In this document: piece after piece, positions 10,734-24,817 of the stretch | How the letters are laid out: each line of letters starts with the position of its first letter | How positions within the stretch are numbered: the first letter of the stretch is position 1 | Assembly (NCBI GenBank): GCA_963813715.1 | Contig: CAWFAK010000017.1 | Location: 544,001 to 608,000 of the forward strand | Direction: 5' to 3' | Source of the DNA: an uncultured Planctomycetaceae bacterium | GTDB lineage: Bacteria > Planctomycetota > Planctomycetia > Planctomycetales > Planctomycetaceae | DNA length: 64,000 nucleotides | Made by a program: the position numbers and the translations under genes | Notes under the pieces: generated by a model | The model's database searches: none | What the model saw: only the letters and a program-made list of their open reading frames with translations | Told to the model about the DNA's origin: nothing

Positions 10734-12294
10734 ATGCTGATGACGCGCCGGTATCCTGCCTGGGGGTACCTGATCGCAATTCTCGGGTCGGCGCTTGTCT
10801 TCGCGATGCGCTACAGCACCGACACCCCCCTGCGCGGATTCTTCACGTCGCTCGCCTTTCTGCTGGTCGTGTTGCTGGCCGGCCTGATCGGTGGTTGGAA
10901 ACCGTCGATCCTGACGACCCTCATTTGTCTGGCAAACGAGCGGTTTTTCTTCACCAACCCCAAGCACTCGTTCACGCTCCCCTCCGGCAGCGACACGATG
11001 CGGATGATGGTTTACGGCCTTAGCGGCTTAGCCGTCGGCTTGCTGTGCGAAGGATTGCAACGGGCCTGGGGGCGGGTTGCCGAGCGTCAACGCCAGCTCG
11101 AACGCGAGATGAGCGAGCGGCTGGCCGTGGCGCAGGAGCGGCTCTACCTGGTCGAGCAATTACGCGAGGCCGATCGTCGCAAAGACTTGTTCCTGGCGAC
11201 GTTAGCCCACGAGCTGCGCAATCCGTTGGCTCCGCTGAGCAACGCGTTGGAAGTTTGGGGCATGGTGCAGGAAAACCCGGAGCAGCTGCAAGAGCTCCGC
11301 GCGATGATGCAGCGTCAAATTCGGCAGATGACCCGGTTGATCGACGATCTGCTCGACGTTTCGCGGATCAGCCGCGGGAAAATCTCGCTCCGGGCCAACC
11401 AGGTTGAGATTGGCACCCTTGTGCGCACCGCCGTCGAATCCGTGCAGCCGGTGATCACCGCGCACAAGCAGCGCCTGGAGGTCGCGCTTCCGGAGGAACC
11501 GGTCTACGTCAACGCCGACGCGACACGCGTCTCGCAGGTGATCGGCAACGTGCTGCACAACGCGGCCAAGTACACGCCGGAAGGGGGCCAAATCGCGATC
11601 GGTGTGAAGAGGGATAACGATCGCGTGGTGGTTTCGGTTCGCGATACGGGCTGCGGCATTCCGGCCGAGAAGCTGACGAGTATCTTCGAGATGTTCGAGC
11701 AAGTCGATCAGACCCTCGACCGTTCACAGGGAGGCTTGGGAATCGGCCTGACGTTGGCCAAACGCTTGATCGAAATGAGCGGGGGCTCGATCGAGGCGCG
11801 GAGCGCTGGTCTGGGACAGGGAAGCGAGTTCGTCATCATGCTGCCGGCCGGCCCCGGAGACGAGCGCGCAGTTCGAGCCCTCCCTGAACGCTGTGCCCGC
11901 CGAGTTGCCCCGGCGGCGGATTCTGGTGGTCGACGACATGTACGATTCGGGGACGACGCTCGCGCGCATCCTCCGCGCCATTGGACAGGAGGTGACGATT
12001 GCCCACGACGGTCCAACGGCGCTCGAGCGGGTCCGCGACGTAAAGCCCGAAGTCGTGTTCCTGGATGTCGCCATGCCTCGCATGAACGGATATGAAGTCG
12101 CGCGACGCATCCGCGCGCTCGACGGCGTGGAAACTCCCGTGCTGATTGCGCTGACGGGCTACGGCACGGACGAAGATCGCCGCCGGTCTCGCGAAGCGGG
12201 GATCGATTTTCATCTGACGAAGCCGACCTCGCTCGAGCAGCTGACGGCGGTTTTGTCGCAGGCGAGCGGGGCGCTGGCGACGGGACGGGCGTGA
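10734..12294 (+). CDS. Hybrid sensor histidine kinase/receiver with DUF4118-like membrane N-terminus (frameshift near 11880)
   Basis: LAHELRNPL H-box, NAAKYT, DTGCGI, GLGIGL; receiver ILVVDD...LDVAMP...KP in the next frame. Confidence 0.9.
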
Positions 12295-12337
12295 ATTGGC
12301 GCGGAGATGGTGAGCGGTCCGCGCGCGGGTTCGAACA

Positions 12338-12382
12338 CCCCGCTCACCCCTGCCCTCTCCCCATCGGAATGGGGCGAGGGTG
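12338..12382. repeat. REP-like palindrome (CTCACCCC...CCCTCTCCC...GGG.GAGGG); second copy at 54265-54307
   Basis: Hairpin between convergent genes; a similar element occurs in reverse orientation at 54265. Confidence 0.6.
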
Positions 12383-12420
12383 GTCGCAGCGGACGACGAT
12401 CGGCGAGAGAGACGCCATCG

Positions 12421-13765
<1,345 letters not shown>

Positions 13766-14014
13766 TCAAGCACACGCGCGTCGTCCGCAAAGTATCAAAG
13801 TATATCGGGGCGTGCGGCGAACCGTCGAGGACTTGGCAGTGTCGTTCTTGCAGCGGTTTTGCCGACGGCCGAGGTGCGCGATGCTTCGCGGTAACCTGTG
13901 GCCTGTCGAGTGCGACGGACAATCGGACGCCACCGGCTGTGATTGCTGGCATTCCCCAAACCTCTTAAGATGAGGCCGATCCGCGGAAATCGCTTAAGAA
14001 AACGGAGATTTTCA

Positions 14015-15037
14015 GTGTTCGAGACCGTCGCCCTGGTCGGCGCCACCGGCGCCGTGGGCCGCATCATGGTGCAGTTGTTGGAAGAGCGGGAATTTGCCGC
14101 CGGCCGGTTCCGCTTTTTGGCCTCGAAGCGCAGCGCCGGTGGAAACTTAAAGTTCCGCGGCCGTGACTACGTGATCGAAGAGCTTACGAAAGACGCGTTT
14201 GCCGGCGTCGACCTGGTCATCTCGTCGACGCCCGACGACGTTGCCCGCGATTACCTGCCGAGCGCCGTCGCCGCCGGGGCCACGGTGATCGACGAATCAG
14301 GCTATTTCCGCATGCGGCCCGAGGTGGCGCTGGTCATCCCCGAGATCAATCCGCAAGCCGCCCTCGATGCCACCGGCATCATCGCCAGCCCTAACTGCTC
14401 GACGACGCAAATGGCGCTCGCGCTCAAGCCGTTGCACGACGCGGCTCGCGTGGTCCGCGTGATCGTCAGCACGTATCAAGCCGTCAGCGGCGCGGGATTG
14501 CAGGGAAACACCGACCTGATCGAGGGGACCAAGTCGCACCTCAACGGTCACGACTATCAGTACCGGGCTTTCGCTCACCCGATCGCTTTCAACGCCATCC
14601 CGCAGATCGGCGGTGTGAAGGAAGAGGGATACACCAGCGAAGAAATGAAGATGGTCTACGAGACGCGCAAGATTCTGGGCGACGACTCGATCAAGATCAG
14701 CGCCACCTGTGTCCGCATCCCCGTCGCCAACTGCCACAGCGAATGCATCACGGTGGAAACCGCCCGCCCGGTCTCGCCGGAGGAGGCCCGCCGGCTGTTT
14801 GCCGCGTTCCCCGGCCTCCGCGTGATCGATGATACGCCCAACGGCAAATATCCCCTGCCCTCGATCTGCTCGGGCAGCGACGACACATTCATCGGCCGTA
14901 TTCGCCGCGACTTGTCACACCCCAACGGCCTCAACTTCTGGTGTGTGAGCGATAACCTCCGCAAGGGAGCGGCCACCAACGCCGTGCAGATTGCCGAGCT
15001 GTTGGCCAGGCACCGTAGTGCAAAGGCGGCCGTTTAA
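14015..15037 (+). CDS. asd: Aspartate-semialdehyde dehydrogenase
   Basis: [40 protein letters not shown]. Confidence 0.95.
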   Translation: MFETVALVGATGAVGRIMVQLLEEREFAAGRFRFLASKRSAGGNLKFRGRDYVIEELTKDAFAGVDLVISSTPDDVARDYLPSAVAAGATVIDESGYFRMRPEVALVIPEINPQAALDATGIIASPNCSTTQMALALKPLHDAARVVRVIVSTYQAVSGAGLQGNTDLIEGTKSHLNGHDYQYRAFAHPIAFNAIPQIGGVKEEGYTSEEMKMVYETRKILGDDSIKISATCVRIPVANCHSECITVETARPVSPEEARRLFAAFPGLRVIDDTPNGKYPLPSICSGSDDTFIGRIRRDLSHPNGLNFWCVSDNLRKGAATNAVQIAELLARHRSAKAAV

Positions 15038-16317
15038 TGGACGGCTTTCCCTTCCGCGACGGCCAGTTTTACTGCGAGGACGTTCCCCTGCGGGACATCG
15101 CCCGGCAGTTTGGCACGCCCGTCTGGGTCTACTCGAAGAATTATCTCCTCTCCCGGTTCCGCGAAATTCAGACCGCCTTCGCGGCGGCCGAGCCGGTGAT
15201 TTGCTACTCGGTGAAGGCGAACGCCAACCTGACCCTGCTGCGGACGATGCACGAAGCCGGCAGCAGCTTCGATATTGTCTCCGGCGGCGAGTTGTATCGC
15301 GTGAAGGAAGCCGGCGCCGACCTGCGGCGTGTGATTTTCGCAGGGGTCGGCAAGACGGACGAGGAAATTCGCTTCGCCCTCGAGTCGAACATCCTGATGT
15401 TTAACGTCGAGAGCGAGGCCGAACTGGACGCCATCTCCCGTGTCGCCGGTCAGATGGGCCGCAAGGCCCCGGTGGCGCTACGGCTCAATCCCGATGTCGA
15501 CGCCAAGACCCACGCCAAAACGACGACGGGCAAGCGCGGCAACAAGTTCGGCATGGACATCGAGCGGGCGACGGCGCTTGCCGCCAAGGTGCTGGGCGAC
15601 CGCCATCTCGCGCTTTCCGGGATTCACATGCATCTCGGCTCGCCGATCCTCACGACCGATCCGTACGCGCAGGCGGTCGAGAAAGCGGTGAAAGTCGTCG
15701 AGGACTTCCGTCGGAACGGCCACGAGATTCGCTGGATCAATCTGGGCGGCGGCTTCGGCATCAGTTACCGCAAGCAGGAGGGGCCGGCCGCCGACATATA
15801 CGCCAAGGTGATCGTTCCCCCCGTTCGCGAGGCTCGCTGTCAACTGGCGCTCGAGCCGGGGCGATTCATCGTCGGCAATGCCGGCGTGATCGTCAGCGAG
15901 GTGATTTACACCAAGCAGGAAGGGGGCAAGACGTTCGTCATTCAGGACGCGGCTATGAACGATCTCGTTCGTCCGGCGATGTACGATGCGTTTCACCGCA
16001 TCTGGCCGGCCGTTCCTCGCGTCGCTCCACCGGAGGACTACGAAACGGCGGTCGCGGACTGCCAGCCGGTCGACGTGGTCGGACCGATCTGCGAGTCGAG
16101 CGATTACCTGGCCAAGGACCGCTACCTGCCGCCGCTGGAACGGGGCGACGTACTGGTCACGTTTAGCGCCGGGGCATACGGCATGGCGATGAGCAGCAAT
16201 TACAACAGCCGACCCCGCGCGGCCGAGGTCCTGGTCGACGGCAAGTCGGTCGAGCTGATTCGCCGGCGTGAGACTTATGCCGACATCGTCAGCCACGAAT
16301 TGATGGCCGCTCGCTGA
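15037..16317 (+). CDS. lysA: Diaminopimelate decarboxylase
   Basis: [29 protein letters not shown]...SNYN. Confidence 0.95.
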   Translation: MDGFPFRDGQFYCEDVPLRDIARQFGTPVWVYSKNYLLSRFREIQTAFAAAEPVICYSVKANANLTLLRTMHEAGSSFDIVSGGELYRVKEAGADLRRVIFAGVGKTDEEIRFALESNILMFNVESEAELDAISRVAGQMGRKAPVALRLNPDVDAKTHAKTTTGKRGNKFGMDIERATALAAKVLGDRHLALSGIHMHLGSPILTTDPYAQAVEKAVKVVEDFRRNGHEIRWINLGGGFGISYRKQEGPAADIYAKVIVPPVREARCQLALEPGRFIVGNAGVIVSEVIYTKQEGGKTFVIQDAAMNDLVRPAMYDAFHRIWPAVPRVAPPEDYETAVADCQPVDVVGPICESSDYLAKDRYLPPLERGDVLVTFSAGAYGMAMSSNYNSRPRAAEVLVDGKSVELIRRRETYADIVSHELMAAR

Positions 16318-16998
16318 GCGCCGCGCTGAGTCCGGCCAGCACCTGCTCGCTGTGCGCGGTCCAGCCGACGATTCCCCCTTGCGCCGCACCATCGCCAGCG
16401 TGGCCTGCTTGAATTCGGGGAAATAACTTTCCGTCCCGTCTTCGACGAGCAGGCATTCGTAGCCGCGATCGTTGGCTTCGCGCATCGTGGTCTGCACGCA
16501 AACCTCGGTCGTCACGCCCGTCAGCAACAGGTGCGTGACGCCCCGCTCTCGCAGTTGGGTGTGCAGATCGGTCGCATGGAACGCGCCCTTGCCGGGCTTG
16601 GCAATCACGACCTCTCCGTCGCGCGGTCGCAGCGGTTCGATAAAGTCGTTTCCCGGCTCGCCGTCGACAAGAATGCGCCCCATCGGCCCGTGATCGCCGA
16701 TGCGCAGCCCGTCACCTCGCCCGCGAGATCGCTTGCTCGGCGGACAATCGGCCAGATCAGGGCGATGGCATTCCTTGGTATGAACGACGGTGAGGCCGGC
16801 TTCGCGGAACGCAGCGAGCAGCCGCGCCACGGGTTCCACGGCCGGCTCGAGATGATGCACTTTGTTACCGAGCGCCGCGCCAAACCCGCCCGGCTCGATG
16901 AAATCGCGCTGCATGTCGATGATCACGAGCGCGAGCTGATCCGGACGAAAGACGTATTCGTAGGGGTCGGCGGCGATCGTGGCGAGAGTCGAGTTCAT
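16289..16998 (-). CDS. trtA: Cysteine hydrolase, triuret hydrolase type (frameshift near 16380)
   Basis: DMQRDF; GGFGAAL, VTTEVCV, ESYFP and QGGIVGW match my recollection of the TrtA-type rather than BiuH-type residues. Confidence 0.75.
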
Positions 16999-17036
16999 GG
17001 CGGTGTACTGCGGCCGGGCACCTGCCGGCGAGACTG

Positions 17037-18626
17037 TTAATGGCCGGCCATGTGCCGGCCGATGACGTGGCGGTCGGCTTCTTTGGCCGGTGTTTCGTAA
17101 ACGATTCGTCCTTCGGAGATCACCAGGATGCGGTCGGCCAGCTCGAGGATTTCGTCCAAATCCTCCGAGACTAGGAGGACTGCAGCGCCTCGGTTGCGGG
17201 CCTCCATAATTTGCGAACGAATTTCCGCGACGGCCTGAAAGTCGAGTCCGAAACAGGGATTGGCCACGATCAGCACTTCCACTTCCTCGCCCAGCTCGCG
17301 GGCCAGCACGGCGCGTTGCACATTGCCGCCCGACAAATGGCCGATCTTGGCGGTCGGCGAATTCGGGCGGATGCGATAGCGGCCGATTAGATCGGCGGCC
17401 CGGTGCCGCATGGCTCGCGGGTTCACCAGCTTTCGCAGCCGCGTCATGTGCGGCCGATCGAAGACGCGAAAGGCCAGATTCTCGGCGACCGTCATGTTGC
17501 CGACGCACGCATTCTGCAGCGGCATTTCCGGCAGCACATGAAAGCGGTGTCGTCGCATCTCGTGGCGGACGGCGCGGTAAAGCTCGCCGGCGACGAGGAC
17601 TTGCCCGCCGGTCGCTTCGCACTGGCCAGCCAAAACCTGGACCAGCTCGCGCTGGCCGTTCCCGGACACGCCGGCAATCCCGACGATCTCGTGTGCGCGA
17701 ACGCGCAACGACAGCTGCGACAGGGCCTCGACCCCCGTTTCGTCGTCGGCCGCCAAATCGCGGATCTCGAGTCGCACGTGTTTTTCGGCGTGGCCGTTGG
17801 TGCCTTTGCGGGCGGCCTGTGCAGGAAGCTCGGCGTGGCCCATCATCATCTGGGCCATCGCCTCGGGGGTCAGGTCGCGGACAGAGCCTTCGCCCATCAG
17901 CTGGCCTTGTCGCAGCACGGAGACTTCGTCGCAGAACGCCATCACTTCGCGGAACTTGTGCGTGATCATCAACACGCTCAGGCGGCCTTCGGTGCACATA
18001 CGGCGGACCATGCCCAAGATTTCGTCCGCCTCGTCGGGCGTGAGCACCGAGGTCGGCTCGTCCAGGATCAGCACTTTGCGGCGGAGGTAAAGCTGCTTGA
18101 GAATTTCGACTTTTTGCTTCTCGCCGGCCGACAGGTTACGGACCATCGCCTTGGGCTCGACGCGAAAGGGCATCGTCTGCATGAAGGCCTCGAGCTGTGC
18201 GGTCTTGGCCTTCCAGTTGACGACGGCGGGCACGTGTTCCCGGGCCATAAGCAGGTTTTCGACGACGCTCATGTTTTCGACGAGCGTGAAGTGCTGGTAG
18301 ACCATGCCGATGCCGAGCGCGTGGGCTTGCCGAGGGTTTTTCAGCTCGACCTCGTGCGTGCTGACGCGCACCGAGCCACTGTCGGCCCGGTAGGTTCCCA
18401 TGATGCATTTGACCAGCGTGCTCTTGCCCGCCCCGTTCTCGCCCAAGAGCGCGCGAAAATTGCCGGGGGCGAGCGTCATCGACACATCGGTGAGGGCCTT
18501 GAGAGCCCCAAACCGCTTCGAGAGATGGTGCACCTCGATCCGCGGCGGCGCGTCCGCCGGCAGCACGGCCGATGGTACTGGACGTTCGATCGTGTCGTCG
18601 TCGGGGACGGAGAGTGTCGTCGTCAT
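17037..18626 (-). CDS. ABC transporter ATP-binding protein (two NBDs, sugar/nucleoside type)
   Basis: [27 protein letters not shown] overlaps the upstream stop codon. Confidence 0.93.
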   Translation of the reverse strand: MTTTLSVPDDDTIERPVPSAVLPADAPPRIEVHHLSKRFGALKALTDVSMTLAPGNFRALLGENGAGKSTLVKCIMGTYRADSGSVRVSTHEVELKNPRQAHALGIGMVYQHFTLVENMSVVENLLMAREHVPAVVNWKAKTAQLEAFMQTMPFRVEPKAMVRNLSAGEKQKVEILKQLYLRRKVLILDEPTSVLTPDEADEILGMVRRMCTEGRLSVLMITHKFREVMAFCDEVSVLRQGQLMGEGSVRDLTPEAMAQMMMGHAELPAQAARKGTNGHAEKHVRLEIRDLAADDETGVEALSQLSLRVRAHEIVGIAGVSGNGQRELVQVLAGQCEATGGQVLVAGELYRAVRHEMRRHRFHVLPEMPLQNACVGNMTVAENLAFRVFDRPHMTRLRKLVNPRAMRHRAADLIGRYRIRPNSPTAKIGHLSGGNVQRAVLARELGEEVEVLIVANPCFGLDFQAVAEIRSQIMEARNRGAAVLLVSEDLDEILELADRILVISEGRIVYETPAKEADRHVIGRHMAGH

Positions 18627-19306
18627 CCCAGCACCTCCAGCAGGGCCCGCGACGGCGCAATGGCGCCGAACACGCCCCCTTGCATCGTGACCATCTTGAG
18701 GGCGGACCGATGGTTCTCGTAATCCGTCGCGCCGCAGCAGTCTTCTAACAACAGGCACTCGAAGCCGCGGTCGTTCGCCTCGCGCATGGTGGTGTGCACG
18801 CAGACGTCGGTGGTAATGCCGGCGAGAATCAGGTTTTCGATTGCCCGCTGGCGGAGGATGAGTTCCAAATCGGTCGCGCAGAACGAGCCTTTGCCCGGTT
18901 TGTCGATGATCACTTCGCCCGGACGCGGAGCCAGCTCAGGAATGATTTCCCAGCCGGCCTCGCCGCGCACCAGGATGCGGCCGCAGGGACCGGGGTCGCC
19001 GATTCCGGCGCCGATCCGCTGCGAGCGCCAGCGTTTGTTGGCCGGCAAGTCGGACAGGTCGGGCCGATGTCCTTCGCGCGTGTGCAAGATGGTGAAGCCT
19101 CGTTTGCGGAGGGCGGCAAGGACTGCTTGAATGGGTTTGATCGGCGCGCGGGTCAGCGAGATGTCATAACCCATCGCGTCGACATAGCCCCCCTTGCCGC
19201 AGAAGTCGGTCTGCATGTCGATCACGATCAGGGCCGTGTTCGTGGGCTCGAGTCGTCCGCTGTAGGGCCACGGATACGGATTGGCTGCGACGGTTGTGGT
19301 GGGCAT
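18623..19306 (-). CDS. biuH: Biuret amidohydrolase
   Basis: [47 protein letters not shown]. Confidence 0.85.
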   Translation of the reverse strand: MPTTTVAANPYPWPYSGRLEPTNTALIVIDMQTDFCGKGGYVDAMGYDISLTRAPIKPIQAVLAALRKRGFTILHTREGHRPDLSDLPANKRWRSQRIGAGIGDPGPCGRILVRGEAGWEIIPELAPRPGEVIIDKPGKGSFCATDLELILRQRAIENLILAGITTDVCVHTTMREANDRGFECLLLEDCCGATDYENHRSALKMVTMQGGVFGAIAPSRALLEVLG

Positions 19307-19309
19307 GGG

Positions 19310-20332
19310 TCACCGCACTCGTGAGAGTTCGGCTGGTGCGCCGACCATCGCCCGCAACCGCGAGCAGGTCACCACCATGATCAAGAGCGTCAGCACGTAG
19401 GGGGCCGCGAACCAGAGGTAAGCGACCGAGGCCGACGTGAGATTCTGCCCCTGCATGGCCACGCCGAGCGTGCCCACTCCGCCAAACAACAGCGACGCGA
19501 ACAGACAACGGACGGGACTCCAGCGGGCAAAAATGACGAGGGCGACGGCCATCAGTCCCTGGCCGGAGGAAATCTGCTCGGACCAGGAGCCGGGATAATA
19601 GAGCGACAAGTAGCTGCCGCCGACGCCCGCCAGAGCACCGCCCACCGCCGTCGCCACCAGTCGAATTCGCGGGACGGAGTAGCCCATCGCCGCGGCCGCC
19701 TCTTCGCTCTCACCGGCTAGCCGGAGGATCATCCCCCATCGCGTGTTCTTGAGGACCCACGCAAGTGTCGGCGCGAGAATTACCCCGACGACAAACAGCG
19801 CGTTGATCCGCAGGGCGTCCTGCACCTGCTCGATCGAAGACCAGAAACCGAGATTGATCGCCGGAAGTTTCGGCGCACTTGGCTGGATGTAGGGCTTCCC
19901 CAGGTAGAACGCCAACCCCATGCCGAAGAGCATCATCGCGATGCCGACGGCGATATAGTTGACCCGCGGCAGATTGCACATCGCAGCGTGCAGGGCACCT
20001 AGCAGGGCACCGACGCCGGCAGCCGCCAGCACGCCGACCCAGGGGGAGCCGGTCTTATAACTGATGGCGAAGCCGGTCATGGCGCCCATCACCAGTGTCC
20101 CCTCGAGGCCGAGGTTCACGCGGCCCGATTTTTCGGTGATGCATTCGCCCAGGCTGACGAACAGAAACGGCGTCCCCACCTTGTGCGCGCCGGCGATCAC
20201 TGCGATCACCAGGCCCCACAAGCCGAGATCAGTGGCCGAGCTGGCCGCTCCGAGCGGCATCGGGGCGACGCGAAAGCCCCGCGCGAAGTCAAACAGCGCC
20301 GCGAAGTCGAGCTGGGCGAACAGTCCGCTCAT
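19310..20332 (-). CDS. ABC transporter permease
   Basis: EKSGRVNLGLEG; multiple transmembrane segments. Confidence 0.9.
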   Translation of the reverse strand: MSGLFAQLDFAALFDFARGFRVAPMPLGAASSATDLGLWGLVIAVIAGAHKVGTPFLFVSLGECITEKSGRVNLGLEGTLVMGAMTGFAISYKTGSPWVGVLAAAGVGALLGALHAAMCNLPRVNYIAVGIAMMLFGMGLAFYLGKPYIQPSAPKLPAINLGFWSSIEQVQDALRINALFVVGVILAPTLAWVLKNTRWGMILRLAGESEEAAAAMGYSVPRIRLVATAVGGALAGVGGSYLSLYYPGSWSEQISSGQGLMAVALVIFARWSPVRCLFASLLFGGVGTLGVAMQGQNLTSASVAYLWFAAPYVLTLLIMVVTCSRLRAMVGAPAELSRVR

Positions 20333-21392
20333 GCGGCGACCGCCTCGCGCACTTCGCGCGGCTGGAAGATCCGCAGACGGCCGTATAGCGACTCTGAGAG
20401 CAGGATCATCACGAAGATGATGCCCATCAACACTTGGACCGAGGCGTCCGGAATCTGCAGCCGTCGCTGCATGATGCCCGAAGCGGCCCCCAACCCGCCG
20501 AAGAGCACGGCCGCCGGAATGATTCCCAGCGGATGATGCCGCGCGATGAATGAGACCAAAATTCCCGTGAAGCCGTAGCCAGCAATCAATGAGCCGTTTG
20601 CTTGGTGATGCACGGCAGCCACTTCGACCATTCCGGCCAGTCCGGCCGCGGCTCCGCCGAGGCGCAAGTCACGAGGATCAGCCGGCCTACCGGCAAACCG
20701 GCCGCTTGCGCCGCCCGCATGTTGCCGCCCGCCATCCGCGCGGCAAACCCGAACGTCGTATGGTCCATCAGTATCCAGGCGAGCACGCACGCCACGATGC
20801 CGTAGGCCAGGCCCCAGTGGACGTCGAGGGCGAACATCTTGCCGAGCGCGGCTTCGTTCGGGATTGGGTAGGTCGCCGGCTTGTTCAAGCTCGACGGATC
20901 GCGCATCGGCCCTTCGACGAGGAAGTTGAAAACGTTGATTGCGATGTACGCCAACAGCAGGCTCGAAATGGTCGCGTTCACACCCCGCCAGTAGCGGAGT
21001 GCTCCGCACAAGAGGATTAGCAGTCCTCCGGCAACGCAGGCGGCTGCCGCCATGCCGAACTGGATCGCGTATGGAGAGTGGCCGGCGAGCAACAGTCCCG
21101 TGCCCGCCGCCGCCAGCCCACCCAAGGCCAGCGAACCTTCGCCACCAATGACGATCAGTCCCAGCCGCGCGGGCAGCGCCGTGCAAAGGGCGGCGAGAAT
21201 CAGCGGGGCGGCCCGCGTGAGCGAGTATTGCCAGGAGAATTTTGTGCCGAACGAGCCGATGTACATCCAATGAAACAGTTCGCCCGGGCGAACGTGCGCG
21301 AACAGAAACATGAACGCGCCGAAGATCACCAGCGAGGCCACGAGCGCGCCCAATGTGATCGTCAAGGTTTCGGCGAGGGAACGGCTATTCAT
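20329..21392 (-). CDS. ABC transporter permease (frameshift near 20660)
   Basis: IGGEG motif; continues GGAAAGLAGMVEV...GYGFTGI in the next frame. Confidence 0.88.
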
Positions 21393-21425
21393 CGAACGCT
21401 CGGCTATGGGGCTGCACGGCCACGG

Positions 21426-22570
21426 CTATCGGCCCTGCACGCCTTCCACCAGGTAATCCATGCTTTCCAGCTCGCTCGCGGTCTGTGGGTATTCCTTCCC
21501 CTTGGGAATCACGACCTTGCCTTCGTTGTCTTTCAATTCGCCTTTGTAGATCACGAAGGTGCCCGTCATCAGCTTGGCCTTGGCCGTCTCGGCCGCGAGC
21601 TTTGCTTTGTCGGTGACCATCGATCCGTAGGGCGACGTCTTGACGATGCCTTCCTTCAGTCCGCCGCGGACCAGATTCGGCAGCTTCTTGCCGGCCTGAT
21701 ACAGACGGATGTAATCGGTGTAGACCTTTTCCCAGTTCCACTCGGCGCCGGTGAGATAACCGTTCGGTGCGAGGCTGGCCTGGCTGCAATGATAGCCGCA
21801 GGTGTAGATGCCGCGTTTCTCGGCGTTCTCGACGACCACCTTCGGGCTGTCGACGTGGCAGGTGATCACGTCGACTCCCTGGTTGATCAAGTTGTTGGTT
21901 GCCTCGGCCTCTTTCACCGGCATCGACCAGTCGCCGGTGAAGATCACCAGGCAAGTGATCGTGGGGTCGACGCTGCGTGCGCCGAGCGCGAAGGCGTTGA
22001 TGTTCCGCCGCACTTGCGGGATCGGCTTGGCGGCTACGAAACCGAGCTTCTTCGACTTGCTCATGTGCCCGGCGACGATGCCGCTGAGGTACTGGCACTC
22101 GTCGATGAAGCCGAAGTAGCTCCCCACGTTTTTTGGATGCACGCCTTCCTTCCAGAGTCCGCCGCAATGCAGGAACATCACGTCGGGGAATTTCTTGGCC
22201 ATCTCGAGCACGTGCGGATCGAAATAGCCGAAGGACGTGGGAAAGACGATCTTCGCCCCGTCGAGCTCGATCATGCTTTCCATGGTTTTCTGGACGTCGA
22301 TCGTTTCGGCCACGCGTTCTTCCTCGCGGACGAGCACTCCGTCCATTTTGCGGACTGCCGCGGCGCCGTCCGCGTGGGCCTGGTTGTAGCCGTAATCGTC
22401 GCGGGGCCCGACGTAGATGAAGCCGACGCCGATCTTACCTCCGCCCGATTCGCCGCCGGCCGACGTGGTGGTGGCCGCGCTGTCGCCGCAGCCGGAGAGT
22501 CCGGCCGCCAGAAGCAGCGGGGCGACCCAGAGCGCCGGCGAAGGGGGAGGTTTCGAGAGGTCGTCGTCAT
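21426..22570 (-). CDS. BMP-family ABC substrate-binding lipoprotein (in frame with atzF as sequenced)
   Basis: Lipobox LSGC; GFIYVGPRDDYGYNQAH; likely own ATG at 22570, offset by one base. Confidence 0.85.
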
Positions 22571-22600
22571 GCGCAGGTTTCCACTCATCAGGAGGCAGAG

Positions 22601-24440
22601 TTACGCGTCGGCGGGTTTCAGCTCGGCGCGAGTCGCGCGGCCGTGAGCTTTGTTCGCGGAAGGCGACCCAGCCGCCGAACTCCGTGATGTCGCGGGCGGT
22701 CGCGGCGGCCGAGGATTCGCAGAGAAAGCCTTTGACCTTCGCGCCATCTTCCAATTCGACGGTGCCGATTGCCAGCGGCGGAGCGACCGACGCGACAAGG
22801 CGTCCGAACCCTTCGTACGGCAGGTCGTAGACTTCGACCGTCACCGCTCCGCCTCCCGCCTCGGTCTGCAACAGCCCCGGGCGCGGCGGATCAAGTTCGA
22901 GGAAGGCGAAGAAGCGGTATTTGGCCGCCGTGCGACACGTGCGGACGAAGCGAGCGCCGAACTGTCGCAGCGCCGGGTGCAGCGGCTGGTTCCGCAAGTG
23001 GGCTCCCGCCACCGAGACACGCACCCAGCCCTCTGCTGCCTCGTTCGTCTTCTTGACGGCGACTCGTTCGATCGGCGGAAGACGGGCCTGCGTCGCGCCC
23101 AGCGGCAGGTCGAGTTGTCGTTGCCACCAAGCGCCGATCTCGCACAACCGCCGCTCTCTGCCCGCGCGGGCCAGCAGCGTGATGCCAAACGGCAAGCCCG
23201 ACTCGGTGAAGCCGGCCGGCACCGCGATCGCGCACAGTCCGAGCAAGTTGGCGAAATTCGTATAAGTTCCCAGCCGGCGGCTCCAGCCCAGCGAATCGGC
23301 CTGCACTTCGGCCAGCGTCGGCAGCGTGGGGAACGTCGGCAAGACCAGCACGTCGGCGTGTTCGAAGACCGGCAGGCAAGTTTCTTTCAATTCCGCCAGC
23401 CGATGCTGCGCGCGGAACACGTCGACGGCGGAGTACCTGGCTCCCTGCTCGATGATTGCACGCGTCACCGGATAGACGTCACGCGGGTGGTCGGAAAAAA
23501 AAGTTTGCATGGCGGACAATCGCTCGGCCACCCACGGACCCTCATAGAGCAACTGGGCCGTCTCGCGGAAGGGGCCAAAGGCGATCGTTTGCCGCCGGCA
23601 TCCGGCCGCCTCGAGCCTCGCCAGGGATTGGCGAAAGAGGTCGGACCGCTCGGCGTCACCGCAGAATTCGAGTTCCTCTGCGGCGGCGACGGCGAAGGAA
23701 AACGGGCCGATCTCCGAGTCACTCGGAGGCGGCGCCTCGCCGGCGGCCAGCGAGAACAAGACTTCGGCGTCGTGCGCGGTCAGCGCGAGAAACGCGACGC
23801 AATCGAGCGACGCGCAAGACGGGACGACTCCTTGTGTGCTCAGCCGCCCGTGCGACTGCTTGAAGCCGACAACATTGTTGGCTCCCGCGGGCACACGGCC
23901 AGAACCGGCCGTGTCTGTCCCCAAGGCAAAGCTCACCAGTCCGGCAGCCACCGCCACCGCCGACCCCGAACTCGAGCCGCCCGAGATGTACTCCGGACGA
24001 AAGACGTTGCGGCACGCGCCGTACGGACTGCGGTCGCCGGCCAGGCCGGTGCCGAACTGGTCGAGATTGTTCTTGCCGATGGGGATCGCCCCCGCGTCGA
24101 TGAGCCGCTGCACGACGGGCGACGAATGCTTGGGGATATAGGAATAGGCGGGGCACGCTGCCGTCGTGGGGTGGCCGGCCAGGTCAATGCTGTCTTTGAT
24201 GCCGAAGGGGACACCGAAGAGCGGCAAGCGCTCGCCGGCGGCCCATTGGCGTTCCAGCCGGCTGGCCCGCTCCAGCAGTTCGTCTTTGGGAACGAGGTAG
24301 GTCCAGACGGCTCGGTCTGAGTAGGCGGCGATCCGCTCGAGGACCAACTCGATGATGTCGCTCGGTGTGGCTTCGCGAGCTTGGTAAACTCGCGCCAGAG
24401 ACCTCAGATCGAGGCTCGAAATCTCGTACGCTGGCCGCAT
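22601..24440 (-). CDS. atzF: Allophanate hydrolase
   Basis: Amidase signature GGSSSGS, GTDTAGSGRVPA; C-domain GAHL...DITEFGGW; true stop uncertain. Confidence 0.92.
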
Positions 24441-24501
24441 CTAAACCCGCGCTGGTACAGGGGCTCGTACGTTGGAGGGAGGTTGGATCCGGAAGGGAAT
24501 C

Positions 24502-24517
24502 GCACGACTTATGCCAA
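24502..24517 (-). promoter_or_regulatory. Putative sigma54 promoter of the atzF operon
   Basis: TTGGCATAAGTCGTGC (GG-N10-GC), about 60 bp upstream of the ATG. Confidence 0.6.
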
Positions 24518-24817
24518 TGGCAGAGTTCCCGCAGGCTGGATCCTCGCGAGTTTTCGATTGCGCGGCGAGCCGAGCCTAACTCGTAGGCTGCGTCCTACTT
24601 GCATCGCGATATGCGTCGTGCGCCAAACCATTGCCAAAACACTGTTTAGAGATCGCCGCCAGCAAGAGCGGACGTGGCAGTGCGCAGCGTTCAAGCCTGC
24701 TCGCCCTGAATGCGGGCAGGCGAACGAGCGCGGCGATTTGTTATCCTGATCTGAGCTCCGGTGGCCGGTCATTGTGATGGCAACCGTTCGTCGGATTCGC
24801 GCGCTTGAAACTTCGAT

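Noticed and set aside
15478..17997. 839-aa minus-strand ORF
   Set aside because: Chimera of an off-frame ABC ATPase region, trtA and antisense lysA, produced by a frameshift and the scarcity of stops in high-GC DNA
24441..24817. Guanidine (ykkC) riboswitch upstream of atzF
   Set aside because: No recognisable consensus found by eye; a sigma54 motif is present instead
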